This document shows, piece after piece, positions 9,776 through 19,663 of a stretch of 64,000 nt of DNA. Numbering within the stretch: the first letter of the stretch is position 1; each line of letters starts with the position of its first letter. The notes beneath the pieces were generated by a model that searched no databases, had not been told where the DNA came from, and saw only the letters and a list, made by a program, of their open reading frames with translations. The stretch lies in contig OZ242186.1 of NCBI GenBank assembly GCA_965205675.1, positions 1,696,001 to 1,760,000 of the forward strand, given 5' to 3'. The position numbers and the translations under genes were made by a program. The DNA comes from Nitrosopumilus sp. (GTDB taxonomy: Archaea > Thermoproteota > Nitrososphaeria > Nitrososphaerales > Nitrosopumilaceae).

Positions 9776-10564
9776 CTATGCTTTAATCTTATCCCGACCA
9801 CCTTTAGCGGTTCGAAAAACATTCATTCCAATGTAAAAATTTTCGTGTAAAGATTCTAAATAGATAATTTGATTTTCTGTATATTTGATTTCTTTTTCAG
9901 TTGCTTCAGGATTATTTTTTAATTGTTCAAGTTTTTGTTTAGTTTCCTCTAAGAAAGAGCCAACACCACGTTCATAGTTTGAGACACCCTCAAATTCTGG
10001 ACTAAGAACATGTTCAGGAACATAAGCAGGAGTTTGATCCTGTGGAATCTCTGCTTGTCTTGTAAGAGATTCTTGTTCATATACTGAAAGAATTGGTCTT
10101 GGAAATCTATCTTTTTTATCTAAGAAAAATTCCGGTTCACCCATATCGCGTCTAAAGATTTCTTCACCTTGTCTTTTAAACGTGTAATCTGATTTCTTGG
10201 CAGCCTCTGCTTTAACTTCTGCAGCAATTGCTTTGTATTCTTCTTCAGCTGCTTCTTCTGCTTCAGCTTTTGCGGCTTCAGCTTTTGTAAGAGCTTCTTT
10301 AACTGCGTTTTCTGCTTCTTCAACAGCCTTGGCTGCTTGTTCAGCTTTTACAGTTGCTTCTTCAGCTGCTTTTGCTTGTTCAGCTTTTACAGTTGCTTCT
10401 TCAGCTGCTTTTGCTTCTTCAGCTTTTACAGTTGCTTCTTCAGCTTTTACTGCGGCTTCTTCAGCTTTTACAGTTGCTTCTTCAGCTGCTTTTGCTTCTT
10501 CAGCTTTAGAATCTTCAACAGATTTTGTGTCTATTTCAGATTCTTTGTTCTCTTCAGACAACAA
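9776..10564 (-). CDS. Hypothetical protein with Ala/Glu/Lys tandem repeats
   Basis: Repeated AEEATVK / AEEAKA units, then a non-repetitive C-terminus. Confidence 0.8.
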   Translation of the reverse strand: MLSEENKESEIDTKSVEDSKAEEAKAAEEATVKAEEAAVKAEEATVKAEEAKAAEEATVKAEQAKAAEEATVKAEQAAKAVEEAENAVKEALTKAEAAKAEAEEAAEEEYKAIAAEVKAEAAKKSDYTFKRQGEEIFRRDMGEPEFFLDKKDRFPRPILSVYEQESLTRQAEIPQDQTPAYVPEHVLSPEFEGVSNYERGVGSFLEETKQKLEQLKNNPEATEKEIKYTENQIIYLESLHENFYIGMNVFRTAKGGRDKIKA

Positions 10565-10695
10565 AATTTACTAAAATTCCCTGAATTTTAATATTTTTGT
10601 GAGATTCATCTTGATTCAATCGTAATCCAATAATATTTTCTGAAAATTTTATTCTGATCGGTTCAAAACCATAATTTTTGATGAAATAGAAATAA

Positions 10696-10773
10696 TGGCG
10701 CCCTCGGCGGGATTTGAACACGCGTCTCAGCCGTGACAGGGCCGAATTCTAGACCGGGCTATACTACAAGGGC
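10696..10773 (-). tRNA. tRNA-Asp(GTC) with encoded CCA
   Basis: Reverse complement GCCCTTGTAGTATAGCCCGGTCTAGAATTCGGCCCTGTCACGGCTGAGACGCGTGTTCAAATCCCGCCGAGGGCGCCA folds as a cloverleaf with anticodon GTC. Confidence 0.95.
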
Positions 10774-10989
10774 ACAAATTGTTTGAATCAAAGTACTAGA
10801 TTAAAAGTTTTTGTCACAACAAAATCTTTTGTAAAAGACTAATACGTTTAATCATTATTTTTCACCATATTTATTTAATAGATTTGCATTATGGATTAAT
10901 TGGGAATTCTTAGATACAAAATCAGTATGTTTAGGTCACGCCTAGATTAAACCGAATAATTTAGATCAGAGAAGAATTTTCAAGAAATA

Positions 10990-11154
10990 ATGGACTCTAA
11001 ACCGTGCAAAAACTGTGATGATTTGGCAAGAAAAAATATAGAATTGGAAATCAAAATCAAGCAGCTAGAATCAAAATTATCCTACTATGATAACCCAAAC
11101 TCTCCGCCATCATCTGATTCTCTCCATTGGAGGAAACAAAAGAAGCAGTCTTGA
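10990..11154 (+). pseudogene. IS66-family transposase N-terminal fragment
   Basis: Manual translation MDSKPCKNC...LESKLSYYDNPNSPPSSD: coiled coil followed by the PPSSD motif typical of IS66 TnpC N-termini. Confidence 0.6.
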
Positions 11155-12039
11155 TATCATACCGTCAACTCTTAGTAATTGGTTAAACCAAATGAACCGA
11201 AAGGGAATATCTGCATCACGCCGTAAGAAATATTCTGGTTCTAGATGTTTCTTAAATAAAAAAACAACTAGTGTCATTAAGAGAGGATCTAATTTCAGGT
11301 CCAGAAAAGTTTGGATTCAATCAATTCATGTGGAGTACAAGAATGGTAATTACACATGTGAATAAAAAATACAACACGCTATACTCTGCAAGAGGAATGC
11401 GTGAATTACTACGCCGAATTGGATTCTCATCTAAAAAACTAAGACCGACTCAATCACAAATCAGCCTCAAAAGAGGAGCAGAATCGTTTTAAAAAAACGC
11501 AAAAAGGACAGTTAACAAATATTCCAAATTGGGATACACCACACTATGTCTGGATGAGTCAACAAGTAAAGTAGCACCCAACATAAAGCGCGGATGGTAT
11601 CTTGCAGGCAATAACATCACCACACCAATTAATTACACTCGAGAAAAATTTCAATCATTTGGTGCATTGGGCAATAACGGCGTATTTTTTGCAGGTTCTA
11701 TGATAAATCAAACACAGACTCATTTCTGGATTTTTTAGAGTCACTACAAAAACAATTTGGTAAGAAACTGTTACTGTTTGCAGATAATGCATCATACCAC
11801 AAAAGTGTCAGAGTAAAAGAATTTCTCAAAGCATCAAAAAGTAAAGTGAACATTAGATATTTTTCTTGTATACACTCCAGAATTAAACCCCATTGAGATA
11901 CAGTGGAGAGAAGAGAAAAAGGGAAACTGCAAGCCAATTCTTCGTCAATGGCTCTGAAATGAGAAAACATATGCAGAAGAGACTAGATAGTGGAGTGATT
12001 CAAGTTGTTAAAGTGTTCAGATATTTAATGCCTTAACTA
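11150..12039 (+). mobile_element. IS630-family transposase remnant, multiply frameshifted
   Basis: HTH, LRRIGFS, slippery TTTTAAAAAAA at 11487-11497, DES / DNASYH / PELNPIE DDE motifs spread across frames. Confidence 0.88.
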
Positions 12040-12360
12040 GTGGTCCTTTTCTTTTTATTTTAAAAACAACTTCTGGATTATCCGGCAATGTAGTATTTGG
12101 GAATTTTCCTTCTAACACTACATTTCTTGTAGTTTTTAGAAATTCATAACCATCAATCATATTTGCTTCGTATTCATCCTTGTATTTTTCAAGGAAATGT
12201 GTATAAATTGAGTCATTTAGTAAATAGTAGCAATTATTGTTTTTCCACTATTTGGCGGACCTAAGAATGCAACAATATTTTCATCATACAAACCTTCTTT
12301 TACTCTTGTAAGTAAAGGATTCTGATCTTCTACATCATCTATATTTTCTTCTTCGCTCAT
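12040..12360 (-). pseudogene. P-loop (TRAFAC-like) GTPase pseudogene, frameshifted and truncated by IS630
   Basis: ATG at 12360 gives MSEEENID...IVAFLGPPNSGKTIIAT; 2-nt shift near 12222; continues LLNDSIY...EGKFPNTTLP...KGP up to the IS end. Confidence 0.7.
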
Positions 12361-14483
12361 TTTCTCACCATTTTAATTGGATGTTCAGGAATAAACCTCT
12401 TTTTTGCTATGTTATTATATTTATCAAATGTACTGATAAAATATTTTGATGAGCGTTTCTTTCCAAGATCTGAATAATGTAATCCAATGCAAATCCTTAC
12501 AGCACCAACTCCATCAAAATGACGCTTTGAAAATTGTTCATTTTCATATTGTTTCAAGACTTCAGTAGAATTTCTGATTATCTCATCAATTTCTCCAATT
12601 CTTTGGAAACCTAATTCTTTTATTTCTTGCACTAATTCTTTGATGTTTTGATCCGATTGTTTTTGTCTAATATAGAAACGCCAATCAAGATATGTCTTAA
12701 AACGATGTGTGGTTATTTTTAACTCTTTTGCTGAATATTCATTATTTTTTATTAGTTGTGCATATGTTGTTCTTCCTACAGAATATTTTTCAATCGTCTC
12801 AGATTTTTCTAATGAGTCAATTCTATTTCGAATCATTGATTCTGTAATGTCTCCACCATTCAACAATTCTACTATCTCTTTTATTGATGTACTACCACCA
12901 CGTAATATTCTCTTGATCATTCTATCTACAACATGTCTTCTTAATTTATCAAGAAATGGAGCTACAATACTTGTTTGTTCTGCAAGATATGATATTTGAT
13001 CAAAAACTGTAGGTGTGAAATCTTTTGTATGATTGATATGTTCTTGTCTTAGTATTTCCTCCAACACTAATTCCCAATCAAAAGATCCATGTTGTAATTC
13101 ATGAGGTGTATTGGGACTACCTGTTACTAATGCAGCCATATCTTGTATGTCTCCTTCTCTATTTGCTATTGCTTTTAACAAAAATACATCTTCATTTCTT
13201 AGCAATCCTATCTTTAGTAGACCATAATCTCTAATGTCTGCTCTCTCCCTCATAGTTGAGGATAACGATAGATCTTGCATAATTGTAGATGTGAATAAAT
13301 CTACCCTACTCTTCTGTTCATGCTCAAAAATATCATCTGGGTTTATTCTCCTATCTTCATCTGAATAATTTGTTTTGAGTCTTCTTTCATATCCCATATT
13401 GGTAAGAATTTCTACTAAATTATCAAAATCATTTTTATTTTCTACTGCTATGTCACAATCTTTTGTACTATCTTTCAATGATTTTATCCTCATATTTTCA
13501 CCGCCAAATAGGTATATCGTTTTTGATTCTTGTAGTTCATTATTAATTTCTCGAAATAATAAATTACCAGGTTTTGGCAATGTGTATTTTTCAATTGATA
13601 TATCATATAATTTTGCTTTAGATAGAAATTCATCCCATGGTAAAAATAGATCTGTATTTTTCAATTGCTTTCTACGTATGTAGGCTTCAATATCTAACCA
13701 AATTTTAGATATTCCTAACTCTGATGCTTTTTTCCTTAATTGAAGAATATCCATCTTATCTTTATGTTTTACATAAAAAATGATAGCTATCAATAATTCC
13801 ATTTTATTTTTTGAATAATTTGCAGCAAAAACTGCATGTAACAATACATCTTGTATTTCTAAATCTTCTTTTTGTTCACAAAAATAATCATGTGTAGTTT
13901 GATATTCTACATCATATTCTGAAAATAATGTAAACCCTGTTGTTGCACCTTTAGCAATTTTTCCATTTGGAGTTTTTCGTAATATTACTGAATTGTTATT
14001 ATGAATGATTTCAGTATTACCATCTTCATATTTTTGTTCTCTCTCAGTTTTTAATAATTTTGTAAATAAAACTAGTTGTTCTTTTGATTCGTCAATCTTT
14101 ATCATTTCTTCTTCTTTTATGATGGCTCCTATGGATTGTAAATCTGATATTGATCTGTAGATTGTTGCTTTAGATAATCCTGATTTTTTTATCAATTCAT
14201 CTACTGTGATGTTTTCATCTATGTTGAAAAGTATTATTTCATTAGATTCACGAAGTAATTTTTCAACATCTACAGTTTGCGTAATATCTCTGAATAGTGT
14301 TGCTTTTGATGTTTCTTTTAGTTTGATTCTTGTGTCTTCTTTCTCTATGTAATCCTCTTCTGTGAGATTTTTTATTATGTATGCTAACCGTCTGTCCTTT
14401 ATCCCTAACAAATCAAGTAATTCACTTGTTTCTTTTTGTCCATCGACCAGTGATTTTAGTAACTTTATTGAGGTAACATCCAT
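12357..14483 (-). CDS. Multi-wHTH + AbiEi-like + DUF6036/AbiEii-type nucleotidyltransferase fusion protein
   Basis: Two N-terminal wHTHs (LSKATIYRSISDL); NTase motifs YLFGG..M....KDSTKDCD and K....REGDIQD; a third wHTH and a helical C-terminal domain. Confidence 0.75.
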   Translation of the reverse strand: MDVTSIKLLKSLVDGQKETSELLDLLGIKDRRLAYIIKNLTEEDYIEKEDTRIKLKETSKATLFRDITQTVDVEKLLRESNEIILFNIDENITVDELIKKSGLSKATIYRSISDLQSIGAIIKEEEMIKIDESKEQLVLFTKLLKTEREQKYEDGNTEIIHNNNSVILRKTPNGKIAKGATTGFTLFSEYDVEYQTTHDYFCEQKEDLEIQDVLLHAVFAANYSKNKMELLIAIIFYVKHKDKMDILQLRKKASELGISKIWLDIEAYIRRKQLKNTDLFLPWDEFLSKAKLYDISIEKYTLPKPGNLLFREINNELQESKTIYLFGGENMRIKSLKDSTKDCDIAVENKNDFDNLVEILTNMGYERRLKTNYSDEDRRINPDDIFEHEQKSRVDLFTSTIMQDLSLSSTMRERADIRDYGLLKIGLLRNEDVFLLKAIANREGDIQDMAALVTGSPNTPHELQHGSFDWELVLEEILRQEHINHTKDFTPTVFDQISYLAEQTSIVAPFLDKLRRHVVDRMIKRILRGGSTSIKEIVELLNGGDITESMIRNRIDSLEKSETIEKYSVGRTTYAQLIKNNEYSAKELKITTHRFKTYLDWRFYIRQKQSDQNIKELVQEIKELGFQRIGEIDEIIRNSTEVLKQYENEQFSKRHFDGVGAVRICIGLHYSDLGKKRSSKYFISTFDKYNNIAKKRFIPEHPIKMVRK

Positions 14484-14618
14484 TTAGTATTATAACATTG
14501 CTTTAATTTATATAATTTTGCATTAATTTGAGACTAAATATTTACACTGATTTACAAACTTTTTACAGAAATTTTCAAAAAATTAGTCATGCATGCACAG
14601 CAACCGAATTTTACAATA

Positions 14619-15691
14619 GACGTTTTGCGTAATTACAAACAAAATCTTACCTTTCACTGAATTTAGTTTCAAATAATTTCTAATCTTATGGAATCACAAC
14701 AAACTCTTGCTTCCATCTTGTCTTGAAATTCACAATTCCACATACGATGTCACTTATTGCATCATATCTGCACAATCTATTCCTAAATGTCTCAGAATTA
14801 ATCCTAAACTTTTTGATTTGAGAGATAATATGTTCTACTTTTATTCGGATTCTTGACTGTATCTTGTTCCATTCCTTTTGATGTATGGTCAGTTTTTTTC
14901 TTTTCTTTTTCTTGTATGGTAGAATGCTTGTCTGTTCTGGGAAATCTTTTTCCACTCCCAAATACCCAAGGTCATAAAATATCATCACATCTTCGGGCAG
15001 TTCTGGATGTCTGATTTTCAGTATCGCATAATCATGTTACCTGGAGAATGTGGGGGTTTGTGGATTATCTCACCTTTCTGGTTTATGGTGATTTGGTTTT
15101 TTACCGTATGTTTTTTCTTTTTGCCTGAATAGTGGGTCTTTCTTTTCTTTTTGTTCTGGGGTCTTGGGATTGGTTGTTCAGTACCATCAGTCATTGCAAT
15201 TAATTCAGGAAAGAACAGTTGGAGTTGCTGTACATCATTTATTTTTTTAGAATCAGAGTATAGTTTTGAAGGAATAGGAATTGATTTTCTTACTGCAGGC
15301 TCTAAATTTGATGTTTCTGTAGACGTTGCTCTGGTCTAATCCAAACAGATATCCTGTCAACTCGCATGTCAGGTACATCCGATAGTAAACAAACAACATT
15401 ACAAGCTGATCTTCAAGATTCAAATCAAACTTTCGCCCAGCTCCGATACTTCTTTTTCTCTTTGCTTTGGATAGTCTCTTCTTTTCTTCTATACGGTGAT
15501 TCTTTCTGACATCCTTTAGAATCACATCAAACTGTTGCCTAGTCACTCCAGTAAAAGAGAGAAGTGATTTTGGCTTTTTTGAGAGTTGCTTGTATGTTAA
15601 CATGAAATGTGTTAGGTTGTTCTTAGCTTTGGATCTTGCTGTGAATGAATTTGTGTAATATGGTAAAATATGTCTAATTGCGCAAGAGGTC
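14619..15691 (-). mobile_element. IS5-family (ISL2-like) element with frameshifted transposase
   Basis: Fragments 15253-15603 (FTGVT..QF, GAGRK..L), IDGTEQPIPRP and YSGKKK.HT, and 14686-14988 (DLGYLG, RIKVEH.I); imperfect TIRs GACGTTTTGCGTAATTA / GACCTCTTGCGCAATTA; flanked by TA. Confidence 0.88.
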
Positions 15692-15869
15692 TATTGTATA
15701 TATGAAATGTCAAGACAAGAGATTTCAAGTTCAAAGTAAGACAAGATAAAACTGTACAGTTAAGCTTTTTCTATCTGAATAATTTGAAGAAATGATCATT
15801 ATTTTTTGATCCGAATTGCGTATTTTTCTATCTACTGAAATTTTGATGATTTCTAGGAAAAGCCGTAAG

Positions 15870-18800
15870 TCACTTCTTTTTGGAGACTTGCATGTACAAG
15901 TCAACAGTGCCACTGCCAATTGGAATATTACTTCCAACAATAACATTTTCAGTAATACCTCTAAGTTGTTCAATTTCACCACCAAGTGCAGCATGTGCAA
16001 TGGTTGGAACTGTAATTTCAAATGCGGCTCTTGCCAGAACACTGTCTTTGGTACCTGCGATTCCATGTCTACCAATTTGTTGCATGTATCCTCTAGAACA
16101 CATCAAATCAGATACCAGCATGATGTACCTATTATCAACTTCTAATCCTTGATCACCTAAAGTATGATTAAGTTCATCAATCAAAGAGTTTCGTGCAGCC
16201 TCAATTCCAAGAGTTCCTGCAATTTCAAAGACGTTGTTTGTTCTAACATTCTTTTTATCAATACCTTTCACTTCAAGGACTTTGGCTATATTAGAACCAG
16301 TTGTCTGGATAACCCACTCATCGTCTTTTTGAACTAATGTAACTCGTTCAATATCTGGAACACCTTTAACAGTAGTGTTAAGAATTTTATTTCTAATTGC
16401 AATTGCAGTTGCAGTATCTGCTTCTTCAACTAAATTCAATGTGATTAATTCTCCAACAGTTTCTATTTTGAATTTTTTATTTGATGAAAGTGCGGCCTCT
16501 ATTTCAGTGATAGAACAACCTCTCTCTTGAAGTCTATTTGGACTAATAATTAATTTGATGTTTGTAGAATAATCAGTTTCAGTATCAGTAATCAACGCAC
16601 TTACTTTAGTCTGTAACACATTACGTGCAACTTCAATTGCTTTTTCTCTAGATTTCTTTGAATCCTCATCAAGGTAAATATCCATAGTTGGAGTAACAGG
16701 TTTCTTTCTGGCATCAACTAATTCAATCAATCTTGGAAGACCCAAAGTAACATTTCTTTCTTTAATTCCTGCAAAGTGGAAAGTTCTCAAGGTCATCTGG
16801 GTACCAGGTTCACCAATTGATTGTGCAGTGACAATTCCTACAGCCTGACCAGGTTCAACTTTGGCTTTATTGTAAAGCGAAAGTCCTTTTTTACATACTG
16901 CTTCTACACCGTCTTTACTTAGATTGGATTTCTGTAAAGCTTCAGTTATAAGATTGGTTAATCTTGGATTGAAGGTCTTAGTATATTTTTTAGCGAGAGT
17001 GTCAATTTCATCTTTTGTTGCTTTCTTTCCAGAATCAGTGATGGTTTGAGATTCAGCTAACCTACTGGCGTTAAATGCTTCACCATGATCACTTTTTTGC
17101 ACATCAATTCCATCTTCACCATACAAGAATTGAACAATGTGACCATGAGGATCTCTAACTGTACCATCATATTCTAATCTAATGTGTTCTAGAGCATTAA
17201 TCAATCTACGTTGCATGTAACCACTTTGTTGTGTTCTAACTGCAGTATCTACAAGTCCTTCACGGCCACCCATTGCATGGAAGAAAAATTCTAAAGCTGT
17301 AAGACCTGTTCTATAATTGGATTTTACAAATCCATGAGCGTCTGGATTACTATCATGTTCTTGATAGTGTGTTAACGCACGATTACTATATCCATCATTC
17401 ATTCTATTGCCTCTTCGAGATTGTTGACCCAGTGCACCAGCCATTTGTCCCACATTAAGTGCTGAACCTCTTGCACCAGTAGTAGCCATAATTTTTCCGG
17501 CATTACTATCATCTAGAGAATCATTAGCAGTATCTCCTGCTTTCACTCTGGCTTTACCTAATTCATTAACAATGTAAGCCTCTAGAGCTTCTTCAGCTTT
17601 CATACCTCGGGTAAGTTTGAGAGTTCCTTTCTTGTATTGATCAGTTAAATCAGCAACAACATCATAAGTTTCTTGAATATCATCTAAAATCTTTGATACG
17701 TTCTTTTCTGGAACTTCAAGATCACCGTATCCATAACTAAATCCATAGTGAGTAATGAATTGTTTTACCATGATTAAGACAGAGTTTAAGAAATTCTTGC
17801 CAATTGTATTTCCATAATCTTTTGTAATTCTGTGTAAGATACTCTCTGGTTCTTCAGCACCAATTGAAGTTTTGTCAATTACACCGCTGATGAGTTCGCC
17901 ATTTTTAATTACAACATCTTTTTCTTTGCCTTTTGTTCCTTTAGACCATTTTGATGTAAGTACATAGTTGAAATCATTTGGAAGAAATAATGAGAATAAC
18001 TGTTTTCCAGTATATGCTGGACCATCTTTTCTTTTGGTTCCAGGTTTTGGAAGGGCTCCAGCATAACCTCCAAGCATTGCATAGTTTGAAAATTCTTGGA
18101 CAGATAAAACAGTATCATCTTTTGTTAGAAGATATGCACCAGTTACGAAATCTCTTAGTGCTCCAATAATTGGACCGCCATATCTTGGAGAAATTAATTG
18201 ATCTTGGACTCTCATCAAAAGGATTGCTTCGGCTCGGGCTTCTTCACTTTGAGGAACATGAAGGTTCATTTCATCACCATCAAAGTCTGCATTGTATGGC
18301 GGACAAACAGAAGGATGTAATCGGAAAGTTTTACCTGGAAGAACTCTCACATAGTGAGCCATAATAGACATCTGGTGAAGTGAGGGTTGTCTGTTAAACA
18401 TGACAATGTCACCATCTGCAAGATGTCTTTCAATCAAATAACCAATTTCAAGAGTTTCAGCTATTGTAGAGCGGTCTTCTACAAAATCTAATCTGATTTT
18501 TACACCATCTGGTCTTACAATATAGTTTACACCGGGGAATTTTTCAGGTCCGTTAATTACAAGTTCTCGCATTCTTTCAATATTCCATTCAGTAACAATT
18601 TCAGGAATAGTTAATTTCATTGCAACTTGTTCAGGAACTCCAACTTCAGATAAATCCAAATTAGGATCAGGCGAAATTACAGTTCTACTTGAAAAGTCAA
18701 CTCTCTTTCCAGATAATGAGCCTCGGAATCTTCCTTCTTTTCCTTTGAGTCTTTGGGTTAATGTCTTGAGAGGACGTCCAGAACGATGATGAGCTTGTGG

Positions 18801-19661
18801 AATTCCAGAAACTTCATTATCAAAATATGTTGTAGAGTGATACTGTAACAAGTCAACTAAATCTTGAACAATTAATGGCGGAGTTCCTGCTTCTTTACTT
18901 TCTTTTAGTCTTTGATTAACTCGGATTATATCTACCATTTTGTGTGTCAAATCATCTTCAGATCTAATTCCAGTTTCAAGAATAATTGAGGGTCTAACAG
19001 TTACAGGTGGAACAGGTAATGCTTGCAGAATAAACCATTCGGGTCTTGCAGTTATCGGATCATATGATAATAATTCTAAATCTTCATCAAGAATTTGTGA
19101 AAATCTTTCTCTAATAGTAATTGGTAGTAATCTATGTTCACCAATTTCAGTTTTTTCTACAAAGATAGTAGGCTTTGTAAAGACCAATTCATATTGTGTT
19201 TTTCCACAATGAGGACATTCTTTTGCTTTTTTAGCTTTTTCTATAATTTGCTCTGGAATACGTTTTTGTGAAACTACAGTGTAAGCAGCATGCTTGTCTT
19301 TAATTTTTTTGAATGCACTTAGATCTTCTTGAGGTACTTTGAGTCTTGCACAAGAACGACATGTTGATTGCAGTAATTTGTAGATATTGTCAATAAATGC
19401 AATGTGTAAAATTGGTTCTGCAAGTTCAATGTGTCCAAAGTGTCCAGGACATCTTGCTGCAGTATTTCCACAAGTAAGACATTTTTGTCCAGGTTCAAGA
19501 GTTCCCAATCTGCCATCCATAAGACCTCCTTGAACAGGCATTCCATCTTCATCATATGTTTCAGGAGCAGTGATTTCAGCTACAGAATATTTTCTAATTT
19601 CAGTTGGAGACCATACAGAAAAACGAATTCCATCAATGGCTTTAATTGCTTGAATAGACAT
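15870..19661 (-). CDS. rpoA: RNA polymerase largest subunit Rpo1, unsplit A'/A''
   Basis: NADFDGD active site, CPGHFGH, TQMTLRTFH in one 1263-aa ORF. Confidence 0.98.
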   Translation of the reverse strand: MSIQAIKAIDGIRFSVWSPTEIRKYSVAEITAPETYDEDGMPVQGGLMDGRLGTLEPGQKCLTCGNTAARCPGHFGHIELAEPILHIAFIDNIYKLLQSTCRSCARLKVPQEDLSAFKKIKDKHAAYTVVSQKRIPEQIIEKAKKAKECPHCGKTQYELVFTKPTIFVEKTEIGEHRLLPITIRERFSQILDEDLELLSYDPITARPEWFILQALPVPPVTVRPSIILETGIRSEDDLTHKMVDIIRVNQRLKESKEAGTPPLIVQDLVDLLQYHSTTYFDNEVSGIPQAHHRSGRPLKTLTQRLKGKEGRFRGSLSGKRVDFSSRTVISPDPNLDLSEVGVPEQVAMKLTIPEIVTEWNIERMRELVINGPEKFPGVNYIVRPDGVKIRLDFVEDRSTIAETLEIGYLIERHLADGDIVMFNRQPSLHQMSIMAHYVRVLPGKTFRLHPSVCPPYNADFDGDEMNLHVPQSEEARAEAILLMRVQDQLISPRYGGPIIGALRDFVTGAYLLTKDDTVLSVQEFSNYAMLGGYAGALPKPGTKRKDGPAYTGKQLFSLFLPNDFNYVLTSKWSKGTKGKEKDVVIKNGELISGVIDKTSIGAEEPESILHRITKDYGNTIGKNFLNSVLIMVKQFITHYGFSYGYGDLEVPEKNVSKILDDIQETYDVVADLTDQYKKGTLKLTRGMKAEEALEAYIVNELGKARVKAGDTANDSLDDSNAGKIMATTGARGSALNVGQMAGALGQQSRRGNRMNDGYSNRALTHYQEHDSNPDAHGFVKSNYRTGLTALEFFFHAMGGREGLVDTAVRTQQSGYMQRRLINALEHIRLEYDGTVRDPHGHIVQFLYGEDGIDVQKSDHGEAFNASRLAESQTITDSGKKATKDEIDTLAKKYTKTFNPRLTNLITEALQKSNLSKDGVEAVCKKGLSLYNKAKVEPGQAVGIVTAQSIGEPGTQMTLRTFHFAGIKERNVTLGLPRLIELVDARKKPVTPTMDIYLDEDSKKSREKAIEVARNVLQTKVSALITDTETDYSTNIKLIISPNRLQERGCSITEIEAALSSNKKFKIETVGELITLNLVEEADTATAIAIRNKILNTTVKGVPDIERVTLVQKDDEWVIQTTGSNIAKVLEVKGIDKKNVRTNNVFEIAGTLGIEAARNSLIDELNHTLGDQGLEVDNRYIMLVSDLMCSRGYMQQIGRHGIAGTKDSVLARAAFEITVPTIAHAALGGEIEQLRGITENVIVGSNIPIGSGTVDLYMQVSKKK

Positions 19662-19663
19662 CT

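Noticed and set aside
10120-10591. Overlapping Ala/Ser-rich and Cys/Phe-rich ORFs
   Set aside because: Shadow frames of the AEK repeat tract.
10696-15700. Integrative element at tRNA-Asp
   Set aside because: The accessory DNA lies on the 5' side of the tRNA, and I found no duplicated tRNA fragment or integrase.
15870-19661. Fused RpoA'/A'' as a novelty
   Set aside because: An unsplit Rpo1 is an established feature of Thaumarchaeota.
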